Below are positions 45,194 through 55,020 of a stretch of 64,000 nt of DNA, piece by piece. This DNA comes from a virus, in the IMG/VR virus record IMGVR_UViG_3300035696_000014, positions 1 through 64,000 of that record. The stretch is one strand, 5' to 3'. Numbering within the stretch: the stretch's first letter is position 1; each line of letters begins with the position of its first letter. The translations under genes were made by a program, and so were the position numbers. The notes under the pieces were generated by a model. The model worked only from the letters and a program-made list of their open reading frames with translations. It was not told where the DNA came from and ran no database searches.

Positions 45194-46147
45194 TCACTGG
45201 GCTGGGCGCGCGAGGAAGTTGGACTCGAAGGCCAACAGCTTGCGGTACTGGACCCAGCCCCGGAAGTTGCCGAGGAAGTGCTGTGCCGGGTTGAGGTCCA
45301 GTTTGTCGATGCCGTTGACACCAGAGAACTTGGCCTGCATCACTTCGACATCGTACCGGGTCATCGGTCGAGCACAGTGCTCGAAGGGTGACATGTGACC
45401 GTTACCCAACAGGCGATCGTGGAGCTGGATGTCAGCCTCAGGGTCATGCTTGCCGTCGTGGGTCAGGTACGACACTCGGGCACAGCGGCCGCTGCAGACC
45501 TTGACGGCATACTCCGGCGTCATCAAGTGGCACTGAGCGGGCACTGCTTCGTTCCACTCGGGACTGTCTTTGGGCAGCACGAACTCGGTGGGTTGCAACA
45601 GGGGCAGGTGCCACTGTTCGTAGTCCAACTGCTTCGGCTTCGAAGCATCCAGGGCTTGAACCATGTGCTCAGCGCCCCGACGCATCTCGGGCTGCGCCGC
45701 CTTGTGGCACCGCAGACCCCTAAAGTTGTCCCACTCCGTCGCCGTGACAATGACGGTGTGCCACAGCCAGGGCTCCAGGATCCGGTTGGCGATCTGCTTG
45801 TGGAGATCGATGTCCTCCATCTGGAGGCGTTCAACGTGGCGGACAGCGCTGTCACGGGCCCGAAGCCACTCAGCCTCTGCCTTCATCTTGGCCATCGGGT
45901 CGAGCTCGACCTCAGCTTCCATGCCCTTCTGGTTCTTGCCGAACCAGATCGGAATGAAAGGATCGTTGGTCACCCGCTGCAACATCGTCTTGACAGGGAT
46001 CGCCCGGCTCGACGCGCTGTTCCGGGAGAACATCCGGTGAGTGTTGAACTCCGCCAGGACGATCCTAGGGAAGTTCACTTCCAACGTGGTCAACCGGACT
46101 CCGTCCGGGCTCAAGCTGTCTGCAAGTACGCGGGCGCTGAATGCCAT
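45194..46147 (-). CDS. thyX: Flavin-dependent thymidylate synthase (ThyX family)
   Basis: THRMFSRNSASSR and HMSPFEH. Confidence 0.8.
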   Translation of the reverse strand: MAFSARVLADSLSPDGVRLTTLEVNFPRIVLAEFNTHRMFSRNSASSRAIPVKTMLQRVTNDPFIPIWFGKNQKGMEAEVELDPMAKMKAEAEWLRARDSAVRHVERLQMEDIDLHKQIANRILEPWLWHTVIVTATEWDNFRGLRCHKAAQPEMRRGAEHMVQALDASKPKQLDYEQWHLPLLQPTEFVLPKDSPEWNEAVPAQCHLMTPEYAVKVCSGRCARVSYLTHDGKHDPEADIQLHDRLLGNGHMSPFEHCARPMTRYDVEVMQAKFSGVNGIDKLDLNPAQHFLGNFRGWVQYRKLLAFESNFLARPAQ

Positions 46148-46156
46148 GCGCTGAAC

Positions 46157-46423
46157 TTACACCCGGCGGGTGAAGTTGAACAGGGCATCTTCCAGCACGT
46201 CGTAGACCTTCTCTTCGAGGTCCTCACACACGTCGTTCATCGCAGCGATCGCCTCACGTTGGTCGTTCGGGTTCTCGCTCTTCTGCAACATGATGTAGCC
46301 CTTGATTCGTTGCTTCAACCGGTCAACGAAGTCAGTCGTGTCCTGCCTCAGCGCCCATTCTGGGACGCCGTGGAGGTACTCCTCCTTGATGAGGTGCCTG
46401 AGCTCGCCGACAGTGATCTTCAC
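46157..46423 (-). CDS. Probable virion protein
   Basis: MKITVGELRHLIKEEY. Confidence 0.65.
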   Translation of the reverse strand: MKITVGELRHLIKEEYLHGVPEWALRQDTTDFVDRLKQRIKGYIMLQKSENPNDQREAIAAMNDVCEDLEEKVYDVLEDALFNFTRRV

Positions 46424-46803
46424 GCAACGGCCCTCTTGGGCTGGGCGCCTGACGTGGCGGGTGCTTCCTCGCGAGCGCCGCCCTTCTGGGCCTGTGCGAA
46501 CGCTTGGGTGACCGCTTTGTGGACGCCTGCCATCATCATCTCTGTTGCCTTGTCCGACGTCTGCTTGATGTGCTCGTACGCTTGATCGTCGAGCTCCCGG
46601 GTCTCGGGGTTGTACTGGCCCTTGGCCGCCAGCACCATGTTGTTCTGGACCGCGTTGCGGAACGGCTGTTCCAGTGCCGCCACGGCTTTCGCCATGTTGG
46701 GTCTGTCCATGATGTCCCGGACGGGTTCGTTGTTCTTGAAGTACGACGGAGAGATCGCCACCTCACGAATGAGCCGCCTCAGCGTGCCGACGCGGATCTT
46801 CAT
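46420..46803 (-). CDS. Probable virion protein
   Basis: MKIRVGTLRRLIREVA. Confidence 0.65.
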   Translation of the reverse strand: MKIRVGTLRRLIREVAISPSYFKNNEPVRDIMDRPNMAKAVAALEQPFRNAVQNNMVLAAKGQYNPETRELDDQAYEHIKQTSDKATEMMMAGVHKAVTQAFAQAQKGGAREEAPATSGAQPKRAVA

Positions 46804-46806
46804 GGG

Positions 46807-47154
46807 TCAGCCCTCGTCGCCGAAGTCACCGTCCACGAGCATCTGACGCACTTCGCGGACGTCGTTCTCGATCAACCGGCGAAGGTACTTGGTCGCTGCA
46901 TCCAGGCCCGCCCCGCCGTCGAACTCCCGGCCCTCGTAGAGGGGCGCTCCGGCAACGAACGTCTCGACCAGGTCTTGGATCGCGCCCTTCAGGCCCGGAC
47001 CCAGATCGACTGGCTTGGACTCGGTGATAACCTCTCCGGGCTCATCAACCTCAGCCAGGATGCGGTGACGCTCCTGTTGAGAAGCCGCAGCTCCCCTTGA
47101 CTCTTCCACGATGATCTCAGCGATCATCTCTTCCTGACGCTTCGTGAGCCCCAT
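46807..47154 (-). CDS. Probable virion protein
   Basis: ATACTTA at 47174-47180 plus AGGAG SD; MIAEIIVEE. Confidence 0.6.
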   Translation of the reverse strand: MGLTKRQEEMIAEIIVEESRGAAASQQERHRILAEVDEPGEVITESKPVDLGPGLKGAIQDLVETFVAGAPLYEGREFDGGAGLDAATKYLRRLIENDVREVRQMLVDGDFGDEG

Positions 47155-47187
47155 CTATGACACTCCTGAGCGATAAGTATAGCCCGC

Positions 47188-49695
47188 TCAGCACTTGCTC
47201 CAGCCACACCGAGTGCCGTCCTGCTTCACCCCACCGACACACGAGACGCACCCCTGTTGGTAGACCAAGGTCTGTCCATCGCACTCAGGGCACTTTTTCT
47301 CGCTGGTGCTGGCGGTACCGTCAGCGATGTAGCCCTTCAGGACCCGGGCCACGACGGAGCTGAAGCTGGTGATGTCGCTGTGCTTGTCCTTGCGCAGCTG
47401 CTCGACCAGGAACTGCACTGGGACGCCATGGCGTAGGATCAGGCTGATCGCGCGCGTGAAGGCTCCGTACAACGGGTTGTCGAACAGGCTGACGACGTCC
47501 TTCAACATCAGCTCGTCATCGTCACCCAGTGGGATCCGTAGGTTGTAGGTGGTGACGCCGTCCTTCTTGCCGTTCTTGACGAGCAAGCCCTTCTTGACCT
47601 TCTTGGGGATCTCGACGTGTTCCGACAACCCAGCGAAGATCTCGTAGGGGCGATCGCCCAGCATGCCCACCAGGACCAAGTACTTCTCGCCGCTGACGCT
47701 GACCCTGTGGATCTCGCAGGGCAGCTCCTTGGGTCGCTTGGGGGCATGGCACTCGACGATGACTAGCGGCTGTCCGCCCTCAAGGGTTGCGGCCTCGTCA
47801 ACGATGACAGCATCACGTGAACCGATGCGGTAGATGGTGACGCCCTTGCAACCGGTCTCCCACCCGTGCCAGCACAGCTGTTCGACTGTCTCATAGGAGA
47901 CGTCTTTGGGCAGGTTGGTGGTGTTGCTGATGCTGTGGCAGATCCACTTCTGAGCCGCGGCCTGGATGTCGATCTTGCGGAGCCAGTCGATCTCCTCGAC
48001 AGTCGCGCCGTGGTAGGGCGACTTCTCGGGTTCAGTGCCGCCGGTGACCTCCATCCACTTCTTGAAACCGGGGTGCAGCAGGTCGTAGAACTGCCACGAG
48101 TCCCCGAGCTCATCGACTTCATCGATGCGAGCGTTCTTGTCAGCTTCAGTGATCTTGCGCTTGCGACGAGCTTTGATGAACAGCACTGGCTCACAACCAG
48201 ATGTCGTCTGTGTCATCAGGGACATGCTGCCTGCGGGTGCAGTCGTCGTGTTGGCGATATTGCGACGTCCGTACAGCTCGTAGTCCCGGCGCAGGTCCGG
48301 GTCCTCGTTCATGATGCGTTCAATGAACGGGTGTCCGCGCTCGACATCATGGTTGAAGATTGGGAACGCGCCGCGCTCACGAGCCATCTGCACGCTGGAG
48401 CGGTACGACGACAGAGCCAGTGTCTTGTAGATGAGATCGGTAGCGGCGATCGAGGCATCGTCACCGTACTTCAGACCCAGCATCGCAAACGCGTCGCCCA
48501 GGGCCGTGATGCCCAAGCCAGTACGCCGGCCGTTGATGGCAGCGTTCTTGATCTTTGTCCACAGGTCGTGCTCGACGCGTTTGACGTCGTTCGGTTCCGG
48601 GTCTGCGTCGATCTTCGCCAGGATGCGGTCAACGGCTTCGAGCTCGAGGTCGACCAGGTCATCCATCAAGCGTTGTGCCTTGAAGGTTGAATCCGCGAAG
48701 CGAGCGTAATCGAAACGTGCCTTGTCAGTGAATGGGTCGTTAACGAACTTCGACAAGTTCATCAGCAACAGGCGGCACGAGTCGTATGCCGACAGGGTGA
48801 TCTCGCCGCACGGGTTGGTGCTGATGCTGCCGTAACCGAACGCCTCATAGGCGTCAGCCGGGCCCATCGACTTGACCATGTCCCAGAACAGCATGCCAGG
48901 CTCGCTGCAATCGCGCATCGCCTTGACGATGTTGAGCCACACCTCTCGAGCGTCGACCCATTGCTCGATGACGTACTGCCCAGGCTTGGCATCAACTGGG
49001 AAGCGTTGTTGGTACTTCTCGCCGTTCTTGACGGCGTTCATGAACTCGTTCGTCATCCTGACGGAGACGTTGGCGCCAGTGACCTTCTTCTTGTTGCGCT
49101 TGATGTTGGCGAAGGTCAGCACCTCGGGGTGGTGGACGCTGATGGTCAGCATCAGGGCACCACGCCGCCCACCTTGGGCCACTTCACGGCAGGTGTTGGA
49201 GTACCTCTCCATGAAGACGCCGATGCCATCGGTGGTCCTGGCGGCATTGGCGGCTGGCAGACCACGGGGACGGATGGTGGACAGATCGAACCCCACTCCT
49301 CCCCGGCGTTTCATGATCTGGACCTCTTCCTGGTCCGTCTTCATGATGCCACCGTACGAGTCGTAGGGCGATTGGACGACGAAGCAGTTGCTGAGGCTTT
49401 GCACCTGGAATGGGTTGCCGATCGCGCTGAGGGGCCCACCTTGCGGCACCACCTCCCAGGACTTCAGCAAACGCTTGATCTCTTCCAGGGCCAGAGGGTT
49501 GGTGTACTTGCACTCGGCGCGGTAGAACTCACCAGCAGCACGGTCATGCATGTCGTCAGGGGTTCTCTCGTAGAGGACACCCTTCAGGTCCTGCAATGCG
49601 TACTTGCCGGCGAAAACGTCAGCAGCAAGTTCATCTCCCGAAAAGTATGAGACCGAGGCATCACGCACCTCGTCATAGGTGTACGTCGTCGTCAA
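47188..49695 (-). CDS. nrdJ: Class II (B12-dependent) ribonucleotide reductase with C-terminal Zn ribbon
   Basis: SNCF, TNPCGE, APAGS, CKGVTIYR; TTG start after AGGAG. Confidence 0.9.
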   Translation of the reverse strand: MTTTYTYDEVRDASVSYFSGDELAADVFAGKYALQDLKGVLYERTPDDMHDRAAGEFYRAECKYTNPLALEEIKRLLKSWEVVPQGGPLSAIGNPFQVQSLSNCFVVQSPYDSYGGIMKTDQEEVQIMKRRGGVGFDLSTIRPRGLPAANAARTTDGIGVFMERYSNTCREVAQGGRRGALMLTISVHHPEVLTFANIKRNKKKVTGANVSVRMTNEFMNAVKNGEKYQQRFPVDAKPGQYVIEQWVDAREVWLNIVKAMRDCSEPGMLFWDMVKSMGPADAYEAFGYGSISTNPCGEITLSAYDSCRLLLMNLSKFVNDPFTDKARFDYARFADSTFKAQRLMDDLVDLELEAVDRILAKIDADPEPNDVKRVEHDLWTKIKNAAINGRRTGLGITALGDAFAMLGLKYGDDASIAATDLIYKTLALSSYRSSVQMARERGAFPIFNHDVERGHPFIERIMNEDPDLRRDYELYGRRNIANTTTAPAGSMSLMTQTTSGCEPVLFIKARRKRKITEADKNARIDEVDELGDSWQFYDLLHPGFKKWMEVTGGTEPEKSPYHGATVEEIDWLRKIDIQAAAQKWICHSISNTTNLPKDVSYETVEQLCWHGWETGCKGVTIYRIGSRDAVIVDEAATLEGGQPLVIVECHAPKRPKELPCEIHRVSVSGEKYLVLVGMLGDRPYEIFAGLSEHVEIPKKVKKGLLVKNGKKDGVTTYNLRIPLGDDDELMLKDVVSLFDNPLYGAFTRAISLILRHGVPVQFLVEQLRKDKHSDITSFSSVVARVLKGYIADGTASTSEKKCPECDGQTLVYQQGCVSCVGGVKQDGTRCGWSKC

Positions 49696-49780
49696 GTTCG
49701 CCCTCTCCTGGGTGACCGATAGTGGTGTGTTCAGGGGGCGAGCTGGCGCCGAGCCCGCCGGGAAGCTATGCAGCTCATAC

Positions 49781-51223
49781 CTATTCCGCTGCGGGGGCTG
49801 GTTCGGCGGCAGTCGCCAGTTTCTGCTCGGCGATCGCCTGTTCACGCTTCAGCTCCTCCAACTTCAGGCGAATCTGCTTCTTGGACTCCTTCTCGTCGTC
49901 TTCTGACGCCTTGGTGAAGCTCATCACGTTGCCAGAGACCGCGAACTTGCTCCTGGCTGTGTCGATCAACAACGGGTAAACAAGACCGTCTCGGCCGAAA
50001 CGGTTCTTGGCCACGCACAGGCGGCCCTCTCCGGTCGCTTTCTCGTGCGTCCGCCTGCTGAGGCTGAGGACTGCGTCAGCAACGAACGCCTTGCCGTACG
50101 CCTCGCTCATGTTGTTGAGGTCAACGACGTCAGCGCTGGAGCCCTCACGGTTGGACTGCGATGCGGTCCAGCCCGGGATGTGCTTCTCCTGCAAGAACGA
50201 CCGCAGCTCTTCGTAGATCAGCTTCAGCTCGTGCCGCAACGAATCGTACTGGCGGCTGCTGCGCATGATGTCAGCGTAGTCGATGATCAACAGATCAGGA
50301 CGGAAGCCCCTGAGGTCCAGGCGCTCGATGTGAGCTCTGATGGTGTAGATGCTGGCGGTGTTGGCCGGGAACTCCTTGATCATCAGCCGGCCCAGTTCCA
50401 TGTTCTTGTAGGAACCGATGATTTGGTCCTTGCTCTCGATGACGATGTTGCTGTCGATGTCGCAGAGGTTGGAGTCGTACCGTAGGCCCACCGCAGCTTC
50501 TGACAGCTCGAAGGTGTAGTGGAGGACGTTCTTCTTCTGTCTCAGGGCTTGAGCGCCCAACCACACCAGGAAGTGGCTCTTGCCGACGCCCGTGGGGGCG
50601 ATGACAACACCGAGCTCACCGGCGCCGAGGCCGCCATTGAGGACCTCCTTTCGGTCCAACTCATCGATGCCCGTCATCACGCAGTTGCGTTGCAGCCTGG
50701 TGAAGCGTGACTCGTAGTCAGAGAAGAAGTCGTGTCCAAGTGACGGTGTGGTGCCGACACACACTGCCTTCTTGATGCCCTCGACGATCTCTTCGTACTT
50801 GCCATCGTGCATCTTCTCGGCAGCCACCAACAGCTCGGCCTTCAAGGCCTGTTTGCGGCAGAAGTCCAGTGACTTCTCCTTGACGTACTGCAGGTCGCCT
50901 GACTCAGGGTTCGCCCGCATGCGGGTCAGGTACTCGATGATCTGGTCTCGAAGGATGACGTCGGTCCCCTGCTTCAGACCGTCCTTGATGATGGTGACCA
51001 GCAGCTGGAACGACGGGAAGACCTTGTACTGCTTCGAGTAATTGAAGTAGTTCTCGGCCAAGAACTGCAGGTACTTGAGGTCGAAGTACGAGACGTCAAA
51101 CACCTCCATCATCTGCTCAGCCCACTGCCTGTCGGTCAGCAGGGCCTGCATCACCTTCTCTTGGAAGGGTTTGCCGTACTGCGCAAAGTTGGCGTCGGTA
51201 CGGACGGGAGCGTGTTCGGTCAT
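49781..51223 (-). CDS. Replicative helicase (DnaB / T4 gp41-like)
   Basis: APTGVGKS, IDYAD, TASQSNR, KNRFG. Confidence 0.9.
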   Translation of the reverse strand: MTEHAPVRTDANFAQYGKPFQEKVMQALLTDRQWAEQMMEVFDVSYFDLKYLQFLAENYFNYSKQYKVFPSFQLLVTIIKDGLKQGTDVILRDQIIEYLTRMRANPESGDLQYVKEKSLDFCRKQALKAELLVAAEKMHDGKYEEIVEGIKKAVCVGTTPSLGHDFFSDYESRFTRLQRNCVMTGIDELDRKEVLNGGLGAGELGVVIAPTGVGKSHFLVWLGAQALRQKKNVLHYTFELSEAAVGLRYDSNLCDIDSNIVIESKDQIIGSYKNMELGRLMIKEFPANTASIYTIRAHIERLDLRGFRPDLLIIDYADIMRSSRQYDSLRHELKLIYEELRSFLQEKHIPGWTASQSNREGSSADVVDLNNMSEAYGKAFVADAVLSLSRRTHEKATGEGRLCVAKNRFGRDGLVYPLLIDTARSKFAVSGNVMSFTKASEDDEKESKKQIRLKLEELKREQAIAEQKLATAAEPAPAAE

Positions 51224-52197
51224 GTGGATTCTCCGGTCTTCTGTTGCAGGTTCTCGATGCAGTGGAAGGCGTAGAAGAAGTCCTCCACATCAAAGTCACC
51301 GATACCCTCTTTCACTAGTTGCTTCACCAGCCCCATCCTATCCGCCCGGGGGACGAAGTTCTGGATCCGGTGATCGATCTGCTGTTGCTGCTGTGCTGAC
51401 AACATGCTGCCGTCGAGGTAGACCAAACGCCAGTTGCGCTTGACGTCCTCCTCCTGCTCAACGATGCGCTCGTACTTGGGCGACTCGTCGATGTGGGCGT
51501 GAGCGTAGTCAATGACCTGTTGCAACAGCACATCCTCTTCGATGCCCAGGAACGGGAACAGCTTGGCAACCGTCTTGAAACCACAACCCTTGATGCCGGG
51601 AACGTTGTCGCCAGGATCACCGCACAGCGACTTCGCCAACGCAAAGTGTTTTGCCTGGACGCGAAATTCCTCCATGACAGTCTCTTTCGTGACGAAAGTC
51701 TTCTTGTGCAAGCTGTAGACCCGGGTATGGTCATCCAGCAGCTGGTAGAGGTCCTTGTCCGACGAGACGATGATCTTCTCTTCCGCCCGCATCGGTCCGC
51801 GGCATAGGTATGCGACCAGGTCGTCTCCTTCACAGTCAGAGACGTACAACTGGCACATGGGCGCGCACCTTGTCATGTGCAGCAGCGCTTCGATCTGGTG
51901 CTTCTTGTTGTCGTCGGTGTCGGGGATGTCGTCCTCGTAGAAGCGGTTCAGCTTCTCGGGCTTGCGGTTCATCTTGTACTCACTGTAGAGACGGCGACGC
52001 TTGGTCGATCCCCCTCCCTCCCAGCAGATGTAGACTGCCTTAGGCTGTGACTCGAAGACCACCCTTCGTAGCGTCTTCAGGAAACCGATGGTGCCTCCCA
52101 TCTGGTAACCGTGCGCCGACATCGTCGGGTATGCACTGTAGCTACGAACGAAGAGGTTCATCGCGTCGACGATCAGAACCGGACGCGTATTTGACAT
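51220..52197 (-). CDS. 5'-3' exonuclease / flap endonuclease (T4 RNase H-like)
   Basis: VDAMN, YKMNR, EGDD, SSDKD, GDPGDNVPGI. Confidence 0.9.
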   Translation of the reverse strand: MSNTRPVLIVDAMNLFVRSYSAYPTMSAHGYQMGGTIGFLKTLRRVVFESQPKAVYICWEGGGSTKRRRLYSEYKMNRKPEKLNRFYEDDIPDTDDNKKHQIEALLHMTRCAPMCQLYVSDCEGDDLVAYLCRGPMRAEEKIIVSSDKDLYQLLDDHTRVYSLHKKTFVTKETVMEEFRVQAKHFALAKSLCGDPGDNVPGIKGCGFKTVAKLFPFLGIEEDVLLQQVIDYAHAHIDESPKYERIVEQEEDVKRNWRLVYLDGSMLSAQQQQQIDHRIQNFVPRADRMGLVKQLVKEGIGDFDVEDFFYAFHCIENLQQKTGEST

Positions 52198-52230
52198 GTC
52201 CTACACTGTAACCCCGGACGGGCCGAGAGT

Positions 52231-52509
52231 TCAGGCGGCAGGTTTGGGTGGATCCTTCGGCAGCAGAGCAGCGATCTCCATCACCAGTTGGGCGATGGGC
52301 TTCGCCAGATCATCTGCATCGAGGGTCACCTTTTCAGCTGGCGTCACGTGGAGCAGGTTGACCTGCAGCTTGCCGTTGTGTAGCGTCAGCGAATGAGAGT
52401 GCCTGGCTATGGGTGGGAAACGGCGGGTCAGGTGTTGCAGCAACGAGTGCGCGCCGCCCAACGATCCCGGGATGACCACCAACCGCTTGTCAGTCTCTGT
52501 CTCGTTCAT
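52231..52509 (-). CDS. Hypothetical protein
   Basis: Coupled to the upstream gene. Confidence 0.5.
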   Translation of the reverse strand: MNETETDKRLVVIPGSLGGAHSLLQHLTRRFPPIARHSHSLTLHNGKLQVNLLHVTPAEKVTLDADDLAKPIAQLVMEIAALLPKDPPKPAA

Positions 52510-52907
52510 TTCGTCACCAGCTTCACGTTGCCGAAGAAGCTCTCCCAGCAGTCACCGCTGGTGTCAAACTCCACGCACACTCGGATGTCCTCGTCGCCGA
52601 TGATGGTGTCCTTGATGACCTTGAACAGCTCAAAGTCGGCAACCATCTCTTGCGAGTGAGGGCGACGTTCGGACCGGCGCAGCTCAGCGTCTTCCTTCGT
52701 CTCCTTGCAATCACGCCAGGTCGGGCTCGTCGACAACAGCTCGCACAGCTTGGGCGACGCATGGATGTCACAGAAGCGCAGTTTCAGGTTGCGGCTGTAC
52801 GGGTTGCGCTGCTTGACAGCGTCGAACATCTCCTTGCGGCAGGCGACGATGGTGTCGACCAGCGTCTCGACCTTGGGAGAGATCTTCCAGGTGAGCTTGG
52901 AGTCCAT
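52506..52907 (-). CDS. Diverged paralogue of the neighbouring capsid-fragment protein
   Basis: W...ETLVDTI...IHASP...LL...FKVIKD...DIRV. Confidence 0.45.
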   Translation of the reverse strand: MDSKLTWKISPKVETLVDTIVACRKEMFDAVKQRNPYSRNLKLRFCDIHASPKLCELLSTSPTWRDCKETKEDAELRRSERRPHSQEMVADFELFKVIKDTIIGDEDIRVCVEFDTSGDCWESFFGNVKLVTK

Positions 52908-53329
52908 CAGTCCTCCAGGATGTGCACCCGGCCCTGCTTCATCTGGGTGCGGCCGCCGAGCTTGTATTCGATCTCGACTTGGATCTGGAAGCGGTTCTGG
53001 TCCCTGTCCTCTTCGACGATCATCTGGCAGAGCTCGCCTCGTCCGTTCTCAGTGGGCTTGTAGAGGATCGACGCTTCGAAGAAGCACAGGGTGTCAGCGT
53101 CACACCGGACGAAGACGCGGTCAGCCTTGCAGCCAGCGTCCTTCTCCAGGTGGTTCCGCATGTCGATGACGGTCTCCACCAGGGTCTCGTACCACTCACG
53201 GACGGAGCCAGTGAACTTGGGCCCGATGCTGATGCCCTCGAGGCGGATCTGTTGCCCGCTCTGCTTGTTGACGAAGACACCGGGGTTGCGGTTCCAGAAG
53301 AAGACGCGTTGCAGGTTGGTTCGTTTCAT
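52907..53329 (-). CDS. Stand-alone fragment resembling the gp23-type major capsid protein A-domain
   Basis: FFWNRNPGVFVNKQSG...PKFTGSVREWYETLVETVID...EASILYKP; ATG 53329 with GGGGAG SD. Confidence 0.65.
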   Translation of the reverse strand: MKRTNLQRVFFWNRNPGVFVNKQSGQQIRLEGISIGPKFTGSVREWYETLVETVIDMRNHLEKDAGCKADRVFVRCDADTLCFFEASILYKPTENGRGELCQMIVEEDRDQNRFQIQVEIEYKLGGRTQMKQGRVHILED

Positions 53330-53339
53330 GGTCTCCCCA

Positions 53340-53771
53340 TCATACTCCAGTCGAGCCCCATCCTCCAGCTCCACGCTTCGTCTCCGAAAGCTCGTCGGCC
53401 TCGTCGAACTCCGCCACGGTGACCGGGGCGAAGACGAACTGGCAGATGCGCTGGCCACGGACGATCTGCTGCTCGCAGTCGCTGGTGTTGTGCAGCAGGA
53501 CCTTCATCTCGCCGCGATAATCGCTATCGATGGTGCCTGGCGAATTGAGCAGGGTCACGCCCTGCTGGAGGGCGAGTCCCGACCGCGGCCTGCACTGGCA
53601 CTCGTAGCCCTCGGGTATCTCGAGAAAAAGTCCCGTGCCTACCAGGACCTTACCCCTTGGCGGGATGGTGACGTTTTCGTTGGAGCACACGTCACAGCCG
53701 GCCGATCCCGGCGTCTTGTAGACCGGGACCGGCACGTCTGAGCTTGCCCGCTTGATGCGGACGCGGATCAC
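53340..53771 (-). CDS. dut: Trimeric dUTPase
   Basis: AGCD, RSGLA, GTIDSDYRGE, RGAGGWGSTG. Confidence 0.95.
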   Translation of the reverse strand: MIRVRIKRASSDVPVPVYKTPGSAGCDVCSNENVTIPPRGKVLVGTGLFLEIPEGYECQCRPRSGLALQQGVTLLNSPGTIDSDYRGEMKVLLHNTSDCEQQIVRGQRICQFVFAPVTVAEFDEADELSETKRGAGGWGSTGV

Positions 53772-55012
53772 GCCGCTTCCTCGTCGCCGTCGTCAGCTGG
53801 GCTCTCGCCCTCGCTCACCAGCTCATCCAGGCTGGGCGGCTTCAGGGTGTAGGCAGCATCGATGATGTAGTCGACGAAGGGCTTGTACTGCACGTCCTTC
53901 ATCACCTCGTCGAAAGCGCTCTTGACGAACTTCTTCTCGACCAGCACTTCGCCCGTCTCGGCATCGCTGACAGTCAGGTCCTTCCAGGCCTGGGTGCCGT
54001 TGATGCTGAGCTCGCACTTGCGCTTGCCGTCCTTCGGGTTGATCTCGAACTCGCCGTGCACCTTGTTCTTGGAGCAGTAGTCCCGCACCTCGTCGAAGAT
54101 GTACTCGTGCTCGACGATCCCCTTGCCGAAGATGATGTCGAACTCGTACTTGCGGAACGGCGGCGCCACCTTGTTCTTCTTCACCGTCATGATGACGTGG
54201 ATGCCGATGACGTTGCCGTGCTTGTCCTTGACCTGCGTGCCGCTGGTGAGGCGGATGCGGACCGAGGCGTGGTACGGGATCGCCTTGCCACCCGGCGTCG
54301 TCTGCGGGTCACCGTGGGTGACACCGATGGCGTCACGCAGCTGGTTGATGCAGAGCAACGTCGCGTGGGTCTGGCCGATGACCCCCGTCACCTTCCGCAT
54401 GCCGCGGCTGATGATGCGGGCCTGGAGGCCGACGGTGTTGTCGTCGTACTCACCCTCGAGCTCCGCCTTAGGAGACGAAGCGGCGACCGAGTCCCAGATG
54501 ACGAGGATGGGCTTGTCCTTCGACGAAGCAATCGACTTGGCTTTCAAGACGACGTCTTCGACGATCTTGAAGACCTCCTCGGTGCAGTGAGTGTCGCAGT
54601 AGATGAAGCGCCGACCGATGTCGACCCCCATCGCCGCCAGCTTGTCGACCGGCGTCGCGTTCTCAGTGTCGATGTAGACGACCAGGCCACCCATCTTCTG
54701 GACGATGGCCGCGCACGCGTAGGCGATGTGCGACTTGCCGATCGATGGGGTACCTGCGACTTCGATGATGCGGCCCTCAGGGAACCCGCCACCCGCACAG
54801 TTGCGGATCGCGTAGTCCATCTGGATGCTGCTCGTCGGCAGCCACCGCTTCACAACCGTGGGCGCTTCGTCCTCACCCAGGTTGTACGCCACCCTCATGC
54901 CGAACTCCTTGTTGAGGTCCTTGATGAGGGTAGAGGTGAGCTCATCGAGCTCGTCCCTCTCCCTCTTCTTGGGCTTCACCTCGGAGTCGGCAGCTTTCGC
55001 CGCCTTCGCCAT
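53768..55012 (-). CDS. recA: RecA-family recombinase
   Basis: GTPSIGKS, DTENA, WDSVA, INQLR, GGKAI, KNKVAPPF. Confidence 0.92.
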   Translation of the reverse strand: MAKAAKAADSEVKPKKRERDELDELTSTLIKDLNKEFGMRVAYNLGEDEAPTVVKRWLPTSSIQMDYAIRNCAGGGFPEGRIIEVAGTPSIGKSHIAYACAAIVQKMGGLVVYIDTENATPVDKLAAMGVDIGRRFIYCDTHCTEEVFKIVEDVVLKAKSIASSKDKPILVIWDSVAASSPKAELEGEYDDNTVGLQARIISRGMRKVTGVIGQTHATLLCINQLRDAIGVTHGDPQTTPGGKAIPYHASVRIRLTSGTQVKDKHGNVIGIHVIMTVKKNKVAPPFRKYEFDIIFGKGIVEHEYIFDEVRDYCSKNKVHGEFEINPKDGKRKCELSINGTQAWKDLTVSDAETGEVLVEKKFVKSAFDEVMKDVQYKPFVDYIIDAAYTLKPPSLDELVSEGESPADDGDEEAA

Positions 55013-55020
55013 GTGCTACC

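Noticed and set aside
49712-49730. Possible NrdR box upstream of nrdJ (ACACCACTATCGGT)
   Set aside because: Poor match to the palindromic consensus and only a single copy.
49696-49845. N-terminal extensions given by the ORF track (nrdJ, tdk, Hsp20, PolA-like, RNA ligase and others)
   Set aside because: They overlap upstream genes. Downstream starts with an SD, a promoter or stop-start coupling fit better.
20923-55012. Inteins or introns in dnaE, nrdJ, helicase or recA
   Set aside because: Lengths are near normal and no C...HN-C/S/T splice motifs or LAGLIDADG blocks were seen; the insertions are short.
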